From Pararhizobium sp. (GTDB lineage: Bacteria; Pseudomonadota; Alphaproteobacteria; Rhizobiales; Rhizobiaceae), in assembly GCF_030655075.1 (NCBI RefSeq), contig NZ_JAURWE010000061.1: a DNA stretch of 64,000 nucleotides; one strand, 5' to 3'. Shown here piece after piece: positions 10,976 through 18,155 of this stretch (position 1 is its first letter; every line of letters starts with the position of its first letter). Both the position numbers and the translations under genes were made by a program. The notes under the pieces are model-generated. The model saw only the letters and a program-made list of their open reading frames with translations. It searched no databases and was not told the origin of the DNA.

Positions 10976-11953
10976 TCAGTAGCGGACGAGGACTTCCTGC
11001 ATGCGTTTGATTTCGCCGATCCGGGCCTTGGCTTCCTGATAGCCGCGATCGATCGCTTCGCCGGCCCGGTGGAATTCTGACAGGCCGATATCGGCCAGCC
11101 GTGGATGCAGCGCCAGATCCGGCGGGTCGCCGGCAAGCCGGGCCCGGGAAATTCGATCCTGGATGATGTTGAAGGCCTGGACCATGACGCCGGTCATACC
11201 CATGCGGGCCGCATTGGCATTCTGTGGTGTGGACTGCGGATCGATCGGCTGCATGCTGGCATTGTGCTTGATGACGGCCGAGCGGCCGTAGAGATCGTAA
11301 TGCAGGTTGACGGCAACGACGAGTGTCTGCTCGTAGGCGCGGCAGACCGAGACCGGAACCGGGTTGACGAGGGCGCCATCGACCAGCGTGCGGCCGTTGC
11401 ATTTGACCGGTTCGAAAATGCCGGGCAGGGCGTAGGAGGCCCTGAGTGCCGTGATCAGCGAACCGCTGCCGATCCAGACCTCATGGCCGCTGTTGACCTC
11501 GGTCGCCACGGCGATGAAGGTCCGGTCGAGATCCTCGATGGCGAGGTCTTCGAGATGTTCGCGCATGCGCTTGGTCAGCCGCATGCCGCCGAACAGTCCG
11601 CCGCCGCCGATGGTGAAATCGAGCAGGCCCGCGATCCGCCGCATGGTCAGCGATCGGGCAAAGGTTTCGAGTTCGTCGAGTTTGCCGGCGAGATAACAGC
11701 CGCCGACGAGCGCGCCGATCGAGGTGCCGGCGATCATGCCGACCTCGATGCCTTCCTCGTCCAGGGCCCGCAACACGCCGATATGGGCCCAGCCGCGCGC
11801 CGCACCGCCGCCGAGCGCCAGGGCGATGCGCGTCTTGGCTTTTTTCTCGTCAAGCGGGGGCGGAGAGGGCAACTGAAGGTCGTGGCTCGGCGGCCCCGCA
11901 GACACCGGCGTCTCCGATGTCATCGCACCTCGATTAAACGTCCAGTTCAGCAT
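10976..11953 (-). CDS. patatin-like phospholipase (RssA-type)
   Basis: GGGAARGWAHIGVLRAL (oxyanion GGGxxG) and GTSIGALVG (GxSxG), with DGA later. The start is chosen at MLNWTF (11953) because the longer ORF would overlap hisI. Confidence 0.8.
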   Translation of the reverse strand: MLNWTFNRGAMTSETPVSAGPPSHDLQLPSPPPLDEKKAKTRIALALGGGAARGWAHIGVLRALDEEGIEVGMIAGTSIGALVGGCYLAGKLDELETFARSLTMRRIAGLLDFTIGGGGLFGGMRLTKRMREHLEDLAIEDLDRTFIAVATEVNSGHEVWIGSGSLITALRASYALPGIFEPVKCNGRTLVDGALVNPVPVSVCRAYEQTLVVAVNLHYDLYGRSAVIKHNASMQPIDPQSTPQNANAARMGMTGVMVQAFNIIQDRISRARLAGDPPDLALHPRLADIGLSEFHRAGEAIDRGYQEAKARIGEIKRMQEVLVRY

Positions 11954-12059
11954 TCGCCGCTCCTCGGGGCCATCAGAAACCCGTGTCACGATTAAGCGCC
12001 CAGTCTGGTTGCAAAATCGTGAAGACGCCTGTTCGGCTGTCCCAAAAGCAAGCAGATGC

Positions 12060-12515
12060 CTATTTTTTACCGTACACGTCCTCTGGATGAAAATGCTGCG
12101 GTGAGCTGGTAATTTCAAGGCCTGCTTTGCCCTCTGCGGTCACGTTTATCGTGCGATAGAAACATGAGCGTCGGCCGGTGTGGCAGGTGGCGTCGTGGCC
12201 GGCGACGTGGACCTTCAGCCACACGGCATCCTGGTCGCAGTCGGTGCGGATCTCGACGACCGTTTGCAGGTTTCCCGACGTCTCGCCCTTCTTCCACAGG
12301 CTCTGGCGCGAGCGGCTGTAATAGTGGGCGATGCCGGTCTCAAGCGTGAGGCCGAGCGCCTCGGCATTCATGTGGGCGACCATCAGCAGTTCGCCGTCGC
12401 GGGCATCGGTGACGACGGCGGTGACGAGGCCGGCCGCATCGAAACGCGGCGTGAAGACCGGGCCTGTTTCCAGTTCGGCCGTGTCGGTGGAGGGCGGAGG
12501 AAAATCGATGCTCAT
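12060..12515 (-). CDS. hisI: phosphoribosyl-AMP cyclohydrolase
   Basis: [41 protein letters not shown]...[11 protein letters not shown]...[11 protein letters not shown]. Confidence 0.9.
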   Translation of the reverse strand: MSIDFPPPSTDTAELETGPVFTPRFDAAGLVTAVVTDARDGELLMVAHMNAEALGLTLETGIAHYYSRSRQSLWKKGETSGNLQTVVEIRTDCDQDAVWLKVHVAGHDATCHTGRRSCFYRTINVTAEGKAGLEITSSPQHFHPEDVYGKK

Positions 12516-12546
12516 GCGGCCGGTCCCGTCTGCGGGGACCGGGTGT

Positions 12547-13164
12547 TTAGCCGCCGCCCCTGATCATGGTGATGAAGCGAACCTGCTCGGATGCCTCGCT
12601 CTTGAACTCACCGGTAAAGGTGGTGGTCAGCGTTGTCGAGCCCTGTTTCTGGACCCCGCGCATGGCCATGCACATATGCTCGGCCTCGATCATCACGGCG
12701 ACGCCGCGCGGCTGCAGCGTTTCGTCGATCGCCTTGGCGATCTGCGCCGTCATGGTTTCCTGCGTCTGCAGGCGGCGGCCGAAAATCTCGACGACCCGGG
12801 CGATCTTCGACAAGCCGAGAACCCGGCCCTTCGGCAGATAGGCCACATGCGCCTTGCCGATGATCGGCACCATATGATGTTCGCAATGGGAGAAGAACGG
12901 AATGTCCTTGACCAGAACCATGTCGTCGTAACCGGCGACTTCCTCGAACGTGCGGCCGAGCACGTCTTCGGCGGCGAGATCGTAGCCGGAAAACAGCTCT
13001 TTATAGGCTTTCGCGACGCGCGCCGGCGTATCCAGCAGGCCTTCGCGCTCCGGGTCGTCACCGGCCCAGCGCAGAAGCACGCGCACGGCGTCTTCCGCCT
13101 CTTTCTGGCTGGGGCGTCCGGTCCCATCTTCGATGCGGGGGAAATTTTTGACGATAGCGTCCAT
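12547..13164 (-). CDS. folE: GTP cyclohydrolase I
   Basis: [22 protein letters not shown]...[12 protein letters not shown] is the canonical FolE motif set. Confidence 0.92.
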   Translation of the reverse strand: MDAIVKNFPRIEDGTGRPSQKEAEDAVRVLLRWAGDDPEREGLLDTPARVAKAYKELFSGYDLAAEDVLGRTFEEVAGYDDMVLVKDIPFFSHCEHHMVPIIGKAHVAYLPKGRVLGLSKIARVVEIFGRRLQTQETMTAQIAKAIDETLQPRGVAVMIEAEHMCMAMRGVQKQGSTTLTTTFTGEFKSEASEQVRFITMIRGGG

Positions 13165-13492
13165 AATCCTTCGAACCCTTTTGCAGGCTAACTGACGTGG
13201 TTATCGGACTCGCCACTGACCATTCGCCTAACCCTGCAGGCATGGGTTCCGTCGGCGGGCTCCGGGGCTTTCGGTTCTGCTTCGCAGTGCAGAGGCCGAA
13301 CAGCACGGTTTCCCAATCAACAGGTGCCAAATTGCGTCATTGCAAATCTGTCACCCCAACACGAGATATCATATAGTAATGCGGGATGATTGCAAAAGGG
13401 CGCGCTGCGTCGCAGCCGTGCTTTTTTCCGCCAGTTGCTAAAAAATCATGCCCCAATGAACGGCAAACAGGAAAAAACGGAACCAGGCCGCG

Positions 13493-13945
13493 ATGATGGA
13501 CGATATTTACAACGGCAAGATCCTTGAATTCGCTGGCAATATTCCGCTGACCGGAAGGCTGGAGAATGCCCAGGCCGAAGCCAGCGCCCATTCCAAACTC
13601 TGCGGCTCGCGGCTGAAGGTCTGGCTGAGCATGGACGGCGACACGATTTCGGGCTTTGCCCATGAGGTCAAGGCCTGCGCGCTCGGCCAGGCGTCCGCCT
13701 CGGTCATGGCCCGCCACGCCGTCGGCGCCACCGCCGCCGAAATCAGCACCGCCCGCGCCGACATGCTGGCCATGCTGAAGGCGGACGGCGAGGGCCCCAC
13801 CGGCCGCTTCGAGGACATGCGTTACCTGAAACCCGTGCGCGACTACAAGGCCCGCCACGCCTCCACCATGCTCACGTTTGATGCGGTGGTCGATGCGATC
13901 GGCCAGATCGAGGCGGCGCGGGAAGTTTTGGCGGCCGGGGAATGA
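13493..13945 (+). CDS. NifU/IscU N-terminal-like Fe-S scaffold family protein
   Basis: YNGKILEFAGNIP...HSKLCGSRLKVWL...GFAHEVKACALGQASASVM shows the conserved Cys pattern of the IscU-like fold. Confidence 0.7.
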   Translation: MMDDIYNGKILEFAGNIPLTGRLENAQAEASAHSKLCGSRLKVWLSMDGDTISGFAHEVKACALGQASASVMARHAVGATAAEISTARADMLAMLKADGEGPTGRFEDMRYLKPVRDYKARHASTMLTFDAVVDAIGQIEAAREVLAAGE

Positions 13946-13960
13946 GAGGGGTGGAGCACC

Positions 13961-14095
13961 TTTCCTCTTCTCCCCGGCGGGGAGAAGGTGGCCTGAAAGG
14001 CCGGATGAGGGGGAGCCACGGCCTGCGAGCGCGCAGCGAGGCCCCCTCATCGTCACGCTGCGCGCGACACTTCTCCCCGTTGGGGAGAAGAGGGA
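13961..14095. repeat. type-1 palindromic intergenic repeat element (GGGGAGAAG / GATGAGGGGG family), copy 1
   Basis: Hairpins CTTCTCCCC-GGC-GGGGAGAAG (13967-13987), GATGAGGGGG...CCCCCTCATC (about 14005-14051) and CTTCTCCCC-GTT-GGGGAGAAG (14070-14090). Related copies lie at 16301-16410 and 17081-17167. Confidence 0.85.
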
Positions 14096-14106
14096 GCGTG
14101 CGGCGC

Positions 14107-14153
14107 ACCCCCCTCTGTCCCTTCGGGACATCTCCCCCTCAAGGGGGGAGATT
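14107..14153 (+). repeat. type-2 double-hairpin repeat unit, copy A
   Basis: ACCCCCCTCTGTCCCTTCGGGACATCTCCCCCTCAAGGGGGGAGATT contains hairpins GTCCC-TTC-GGGAC and TCTCCCC-CTCAAG-GGGGAGA. Confidence 0.9.
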
Positions 14154-14280
14154 GGCTGGGGTTCGCCCCGCCGCCTCTTTCCGTCCATCCGTATCTTTGG
14201 CGGCCTCGTAAGATGTGCCGTCAGTGCAGGGCAACGCATACTAAAGCCGATGATGGAGTGACGGCAGCGCCGCAGCCTAC

Positions 14281-14327
14281 AATCTCCCCCCTTGAGGGGG
14301 AGATGTCCCGAAGGGACAGAGGGGGGT
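14281..14327 (-). repeat. type-2 double-hairpin repeat unit, copy B (exact reverse complement of copy A)
   Basis: A 47/47 reverse-complement match to 14107-14153, separated from it by 127 bp. Confidence 0.9.
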
Positions 14328-14671
14328 ATGCGCCACAGAATCGAACCCGCAACTGGCAAGGCCCCTTCGCCAAAACTCCCGGCCGGCTGCTCGGCATGGG
14401 CCTGATCCGCCTCTATCAACTGACGCTCTCCGGCTTTATCGGCAACTCCTGCCGTCATCTGCCGACGTGTTCGGAATATGGATATGAGGCCGTCGCCCGC
14501 CATGGGCTGTGGCCGGGCGGCTGGATGGCGCTGTTCCGGGTGGCGCGCTGCGGGCCGGGCGGCACCTCGGGGCTCGATCCGGTGGCAGAAAAACTTGACG
14601 CCCGCGTGCACTGGTGGACACCCTGGCGCTACTGGTCCGTGTCGCACCCGGACAAGGACCTGCTGCCCTGA
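14303..14671 (+). CDS. yidD: membrane protein insertion efficiency factor YidD
   Basis: LIRLYQLTLSGFIGNSCRHLPTCSEYGYEAVARHGLWPGGWMALFRVARCGPGG is the canonical YidD core. The start is uncertain: candidates are ATG 14303 (inside repeat copy B), 14213 or 14396. Confidence 0.8.
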   Translation: MSRRDRGGYAPQNRTRNWQGPFAKTPGRLLGMGLIRLYQLTLSGFIGNSCRHLPTCSEYGYEAVARHGLWPGGWMALFRVARCGPGGTSGLDPVAEKLDARVHWWTPWRYWSVSHPDKDLLP

Positions 14672-14684
14672 CGGAGTTTTGCCC

Positions 14685-15278
14685 ATGCTGTATGTCGCCC
14701 TGCTGCATTCGATCGTCCTTGGGCCCGGCAAGCGGCTGGTCATGGCCGACCTGAAGGCGGTGGCAGAAAACCTCGGGTACCGCAATGTCCGCACGCTGGT
14801 GGCAACCGGCAATCTCGTCTTCGAGGCAGACACGGCGCCGGCGGCGCAGCTGGAGCACGATCTGGAACAGGAATTTGCAGCAAAGCTCGGCAAACATGTC
14901 GATATCATCGTGCGCACCGGTCCCGCCTGGCTGAAACTGGCAAAGGCCAATCCCTTTGCGGACGGGCAGGGGTCTGAGGTCTGCGTGCGGGTGATGCGCA
15001 CAAAGCTCGACGACAGCGTCATCACAAAACTCGAGCCGTACCGGACCGGCGAAAAAATCGCCGTCGTCGGTGGCGATCTCTGGATCGATTTTTGCGGCAA
15101 GGCCAGCGAGACGCGGCTGCTGTCGCATCTCACAGTCAAAAAGCTGGGGCCCGGCACCATCCGCAACGCCAACACCGTCAACGGCATGAGCGCGATGCTG
15201 GAAGGCGGGCCGGGCGGCGGCCCCGCCGCGAAACGGCCTTCGAAGCAGGCGCCGAAGCAGACCCCGAAACAGACATAG
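14685..15278 (+). CDS. DUF1697-family protein
   Basis: MLYVALLHSI...MADLKAVAENLGYRNVRTLVATGNLVFEAD...IIVRT...TIRNANTV matches the DUF1697 pattern as I remember it. Confidence 0.7.
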   Translation: MLYVALLHSIVLGPGKRLVMADLKAVAENLGYRNVRTLVATGNLVFEADTAPAAQLEHDLEQEFAAKLGKHVDIIVRTGPAWLKLAKANPFADGQGSEVCVRVMRTKLDDSVITKLEPYRTGEKIAVVGGDLWIDFCGKASETRLLSHLTVKKLGPGTIRNANTVNGMSAMLEGGPGGGPAAKRPSKQAPKQTPKQT

Positions 15279-15663
15279 TGGTGGCCAGCGGATCGTCCGG
15301 CCAGTCCTCGTCCTCATCGAGGGCCCGGTGATTGTCCTTAGCCATCCGATCGATCTCTTCCGGACTGTAGCCCTTGGCCAGCAGCGCCCGCTCGGTCCGC
15401 TCTTCCACCTGCTGCAGCCCGCGGATGAGGGCGTGGTGCAGCTCCTGGCTGCGGACGCAGGGCGGAAACCGCTTGAAGTCCCCGCCGCCGATGATCTCGT
15501 CCGGATGGCGGCCGAGACACTGTTTCGCCCGGCGGCATTTCGGCAGGGTGCAGCCGGTAAAAAGCCCAACCTCCGTCGCCGCCTTGCGCAACTGCGGCTG
15601 CACCCGCCGCAGCATGCGCCGCCGGCGGTATTCGGCTTCTTCATAGTCGTTCCTGTCGCCCAT
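15178..15663 (-). CDS. hypothetical protein (Cys-containing, basic N-terminus, acidic C-terminal part)
   Basis: Strong SD AAGGAGG 8 nt before the ATG at 15663. High GC3 codon pattern. No family recognised. The 3' end overlaps the convergent DUF1697 gene by 101 nt. Confidence 0.5.
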   Translation of the reverse strand: MGDRNDYEEAEYRRRRMLRRVQPQLRKAATEVGLFTGCTLPKCRRAKQCLGRHPDEIIGGGDFKRFPPCVRSQELHHALIRGLQQVEERTERALLAKGYSPEEIDRMAKDNHRALDEDEDWPDDPLATTMSVSGSASAPASKAVSRRGRRPARLPASRSCR

Positions 15664-16300
15664 GGATCTCGCCTCCTTCGCGTCTCCTGCTGGTTCACTG
15701 TTTCGTCACGTCATCGCCCCAAATCCGGACAGACCAAAAATCCGGGCGCAGACAGGCGCCCCGCATGGACGCCCATCGGGTTTTCAAGAAAGTCAGTCCG
15801 GAGAACCGCGCGAAAGCGTTGCCTCTGGGAGTGGTTTGTATGCGGCTTCGCTCTCGCGCGGCCCCAAGATGTTCTTCGGAGGCGGTCCGGCCTCCTTCAG
15901 ACACGGAAACGGCTTCGCTGCATGGCTCTGCTGGCGCCGGTCCCCGAAACGCTTGCGCGCTTATAGGGTCCTGCGGACACAACCACTTGCATGGCGAACC
16001 CAAACCGACCCCGCAGACCCGGGGAAGGGGGAAGCCTGCCCGCTGCGGAGGGTTTCGCCCCCCGCAACCTTTCCACGTCTCTCCCGCCCTCTGCGGCACG
16101 TACCCGCAGACGCCGAAAGCACCTCCTGCCACCCGCATCGACACGTTACGCGATCCGTCCGGCGGCGGCAGGACATCAAGGATACGGCAGGTTTTGGGAG
16201 CGGGGATTTTAGCAGGCGGAACTATTTTATAAGATATTGAAAATGTTCTGAAGTTTTTTCAAGCTTGTCTGTTTGCGTCCCCATAAAATGTCGCATTTGG

Positions 16301-16410
16301 CCTCTTTTCCCCTACGGGAAAAAGGTGGCGCGCAGCGCCGGATAAGGGGGAGCCAGGAACTGGGGGAGCCAGGAACTCGGAGCTTGCGGGAAGGCCCCCT
16401 CATTGCCCCC
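16301..16410. repeat. type-1 palindromic repeat element, copy 2 (with internal 16-bp tandem duplication)
   Basis: CTTTTCCCC-TAC-GGGAAAAAG hairpin, then GGATAAGGGGGAGCC...GGCCCCCTCAT. The unit GGGGGAGCCAGGAACT is exactly duplicated in tandem (16346-16361 and 16362-16377). Confidence 0.8.
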
Positions 16411-16433
16411 TTTCATCAGTCACGTCTCCCCGG

Positions 16434-17054
16434 CTGCTGGCTGTTGCGCTTGAAGCTGGATGCGGCTTTTATGAGTCATTCACCCGCGCTTTTCGCGACG
16501 AGTTCGGGGTTACCCCGGCAAGCCTGCGTGCGGCGGCGCGCCTCGATCATCTCAACCTGTTGGAACCTCCGAAAATGACCATCGATACGTTTTCCAAACT
16601 TGCCGAACCGACGATCGAAAAACTCGCATCTATGCGTCTCACCGGGCTCAAGGCCTTTCACGCCGACCCGGGCAGCATTCCGGCGCAATGGGGACAGTTC
16701 GCACCCCATATCCCGGTGCTGCAGCCGAAGAACTGCGTCACTTACGGTATCTGCTGGATGAAATCCTCCGGCGGCGAGGACTATATGTGCGCCGGCGAAG
16801 CCGCAAACACCGCCGATCTGCTGCCGGACTTCACGGTCGAAACCCTGCCGCCGATGACCTGTGCGGTCTTCTTCCACGCCGGTCATGTCTCGGCTATCCA
16901 CGAAACGGTGGACGCGATCTTTACCCACTGGATGCCGGCCTCCGGCCGCAAGCCGCTGCCTGATGGCCCGACCCTGATCGAACGCTACGACCGGCGGCTC
17001 AACCCCGAAACGGGAACGGGCGGCTTCGATATCCTGATTCCGCTGGAAGAGTGA
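16434..17054 (+). pseudogene. 5'-truncated AraC-family regulator with GyrI-like effector-binding domain
   Basis: The frame is open from 16287. It reads ...LAVALEAGCGFYESFTRAFRDEFGVTPASLR (second helix-turn-helix of an AraC domain), then a GyrI-like domain (ORF 16560-17054). The first HTH and N-terminus are absent; the upstream reading frame runs straight out of repeat copy 2. The GyrI-like part could still be made from ATG 16575. Confidence 0.6.
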
Positions 17055-17080
17055 CGGGCAGGGCGGATAGGAGGGATGGC

Positions 17081-17167
17081 GGATGAGGGGGGCAAAAACT
17101 CGGAGCCAGTGGTGAGATCCCTCATCGCCTCGGTTCGTCAGGCCCTTCTCGCCGCTGGGGAGAAGGG
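17081..17167. repeat. type-1 palindromic repeat element, copy 3 (partial)
   Basis: GGATGAGGGGGGC...GATCCCTCATCGCC...CTTCTCGCC-GCT-GGGGAGAAG, corresponding to the right half of copy 1. Confidence 0.75.
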
Positions 17168-17370
17168 CATCGAGGCAGGCTTGGAACGATATGAGGCGTT
17201 TTGGTCAAATTCGCCCAAACCGGAAACAGTAGCGATGAAGGCCTGATCTTTGTCGGCATATGCACTCTGCGCGACTGCCAGCGATTGCCGCTGGGCCTCG
17301 GCCTTGAAGGACATCTACTGAGAACGCAGGCGTGAGTAGTGTTCACCAGATTTTATACGCGAGGGCTCAT
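17138..17370 (-). pseudogene. decayed MazE-type (DUF3018-like) antitoxin gene remnant
   Basis: The minus strand reads MSPRV(stop)..KSGEHYSRLRSQ(stop)MSFKAEAQRQSLAVAQSAYADKDQAFIATVSGLGEFDQNA. The C-terminal part matches my memory of the DUF3018 antitoxin pattern (...EARRQSLAVA.S.H..EDQAFIDAVSD...). The central GLRPxQIWVPD segment is missing and two stops interrupt the frame. No toxin gene follows; the reading frame runs into repeat copy 3. Confidence 0.45.
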
Positions 17371-17372
17371 TT

Positions 17373-18155
17373 TCACCCATTGTTGCCGACAATAACAAGC
17401 AGACCTGACTTTTCAACATGAGCCTGACCTGTGGGCAGAATTTGTAACATTCCGGTTTTCTCATCAAAATGGACCCACGCCTTCTTGTGTAGGTCTTTTA
17501 AGACTCTACGCTTGAAATCAGTCCCGTTTTTATACTCCACCCAAGCTTGGATTTGCGCGACGGATACAGATTTTCCTTCAGCATACAACAATATTAAAAC
17601 CTTCTGACCCGCCGTTTTTGCCGGTTCCAAAACTCGCCGAAAGTTTCCATTAGACCAAACCATATGAAAAGTTCGAGCGGTAACCGCTTCTACAACTGCG
17701 TGAGATTCGGAGAACGGAAGTTGCGAACAATTGCGAACGAACTCGCCCATAATCCATTTCATGCCACGTAGGAACATTTCAGCGTCCATGTGATTAGGGC
17801 TCACGTCGGCAGACACATGACCAATTGCTCGATTGTTCCGAAGTTCATATAGAGCCGCCGATACCTTAGGTACCTGTATGCACAGCGAGCGACCCTTGGT
17901 GCCGTTGTATTGCTCTAGATCTCGACATGACTGCGGAAAATTGCTGGGTTTTGCTGGCACCGCAGCATAAGCTCCGGTTGCGTGCCCGGCACAAACACAG
18001 TAGGCGATCTCGCAGAATTTTCCCGCCTTGAGCCCCACTTTCTCCCAATCAGCGGCGCGATATTCATCAAGGGCTTGTTCGAACTCCTCAATTAGGGGAT
18101 CGCGCAGTGGCGCAGGGATGGACTTGAGTGTATCTTGAAGACTGGGAAGGCTCAA
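17373..18155 (-). CDS. hypothetical protein: N-terminal HEPN-like helical domain (ELRNNRAIGH, Rx6H) plus C-terminal winged-helix-like domain
   Basis: 260 aa. A TTG start overlaps the upstream stop (TTGA), with AGGA 7 nt upstream. The first in-frame ATG is codon 123, so the TTG is needed for the N-terminal domain. Sampled stretches are 40-45% GC against about 65% in thrS. No family recognised. Confidence 0.7.
   Translation of the reverse strand: MSLPSLQDTLKSIPAPLRDPLIEEFEQALDEYRAADWEKVGLKAGKFCEIAYCVCAGHATGAYAAVPAKPSNFPQSCRDLEQYNGTKGRSLCIQVPKVSAALYELRNNRAIGHVSADVSPNHMDAEMFLRGMKWIMGEFVRNCSQLPFSESHAVVEAVTARTFHMVWSNGNFRRVLEPAKTAGQKVLILLYAEGKSVSVAQIQAWVEYKNGTDFKRRVLKDLHKKAWVHFDEKTGMLQILPTGQAHVEKSGLLVIVGNNG

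Noticed and set aside
13961-14327. The repeat cluster considered as a CRISPR array (also 50050-50211).
   Set aside because: The units are in inverted rather than direct orientation, there are only two per locus, the spacers are of unequal size (127 and 67 bp), the units are themselves double hairpins, and no cas genes are present.
13337-15698. Long minus-strand ORFs (13337-15187 and 14436-15698) and several 60-150-aa ORFs crossing 13870-14340.
   Set aside because: They run antisense to the NifU-like, yidD and DUF1697 genes, or are translations of the palindromic repeats (peptides such as ISPLEGEMSRRDRGG, LLPVGEKRE and FSPAGRRWPERPDEG). They are not genes.
15786-15801. AAGAAAGTCAGTCCGG, reminiscent of the RNase P RNA GGAAAGTCCGG box.
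   Set aside because: It has an insertion relative to the conserved box. None of the other RNase P conserved regions or helices are nearby.
17122-17346. A 74-aa minus-strand ORF (MNTTHACVLSRCPS...).
   Set aside because: It is a wrong-frame reading across the decayed MazE-like remnant and repeat copy 3. The adjacent frame carries the recognisable antitoxin-like sequence.
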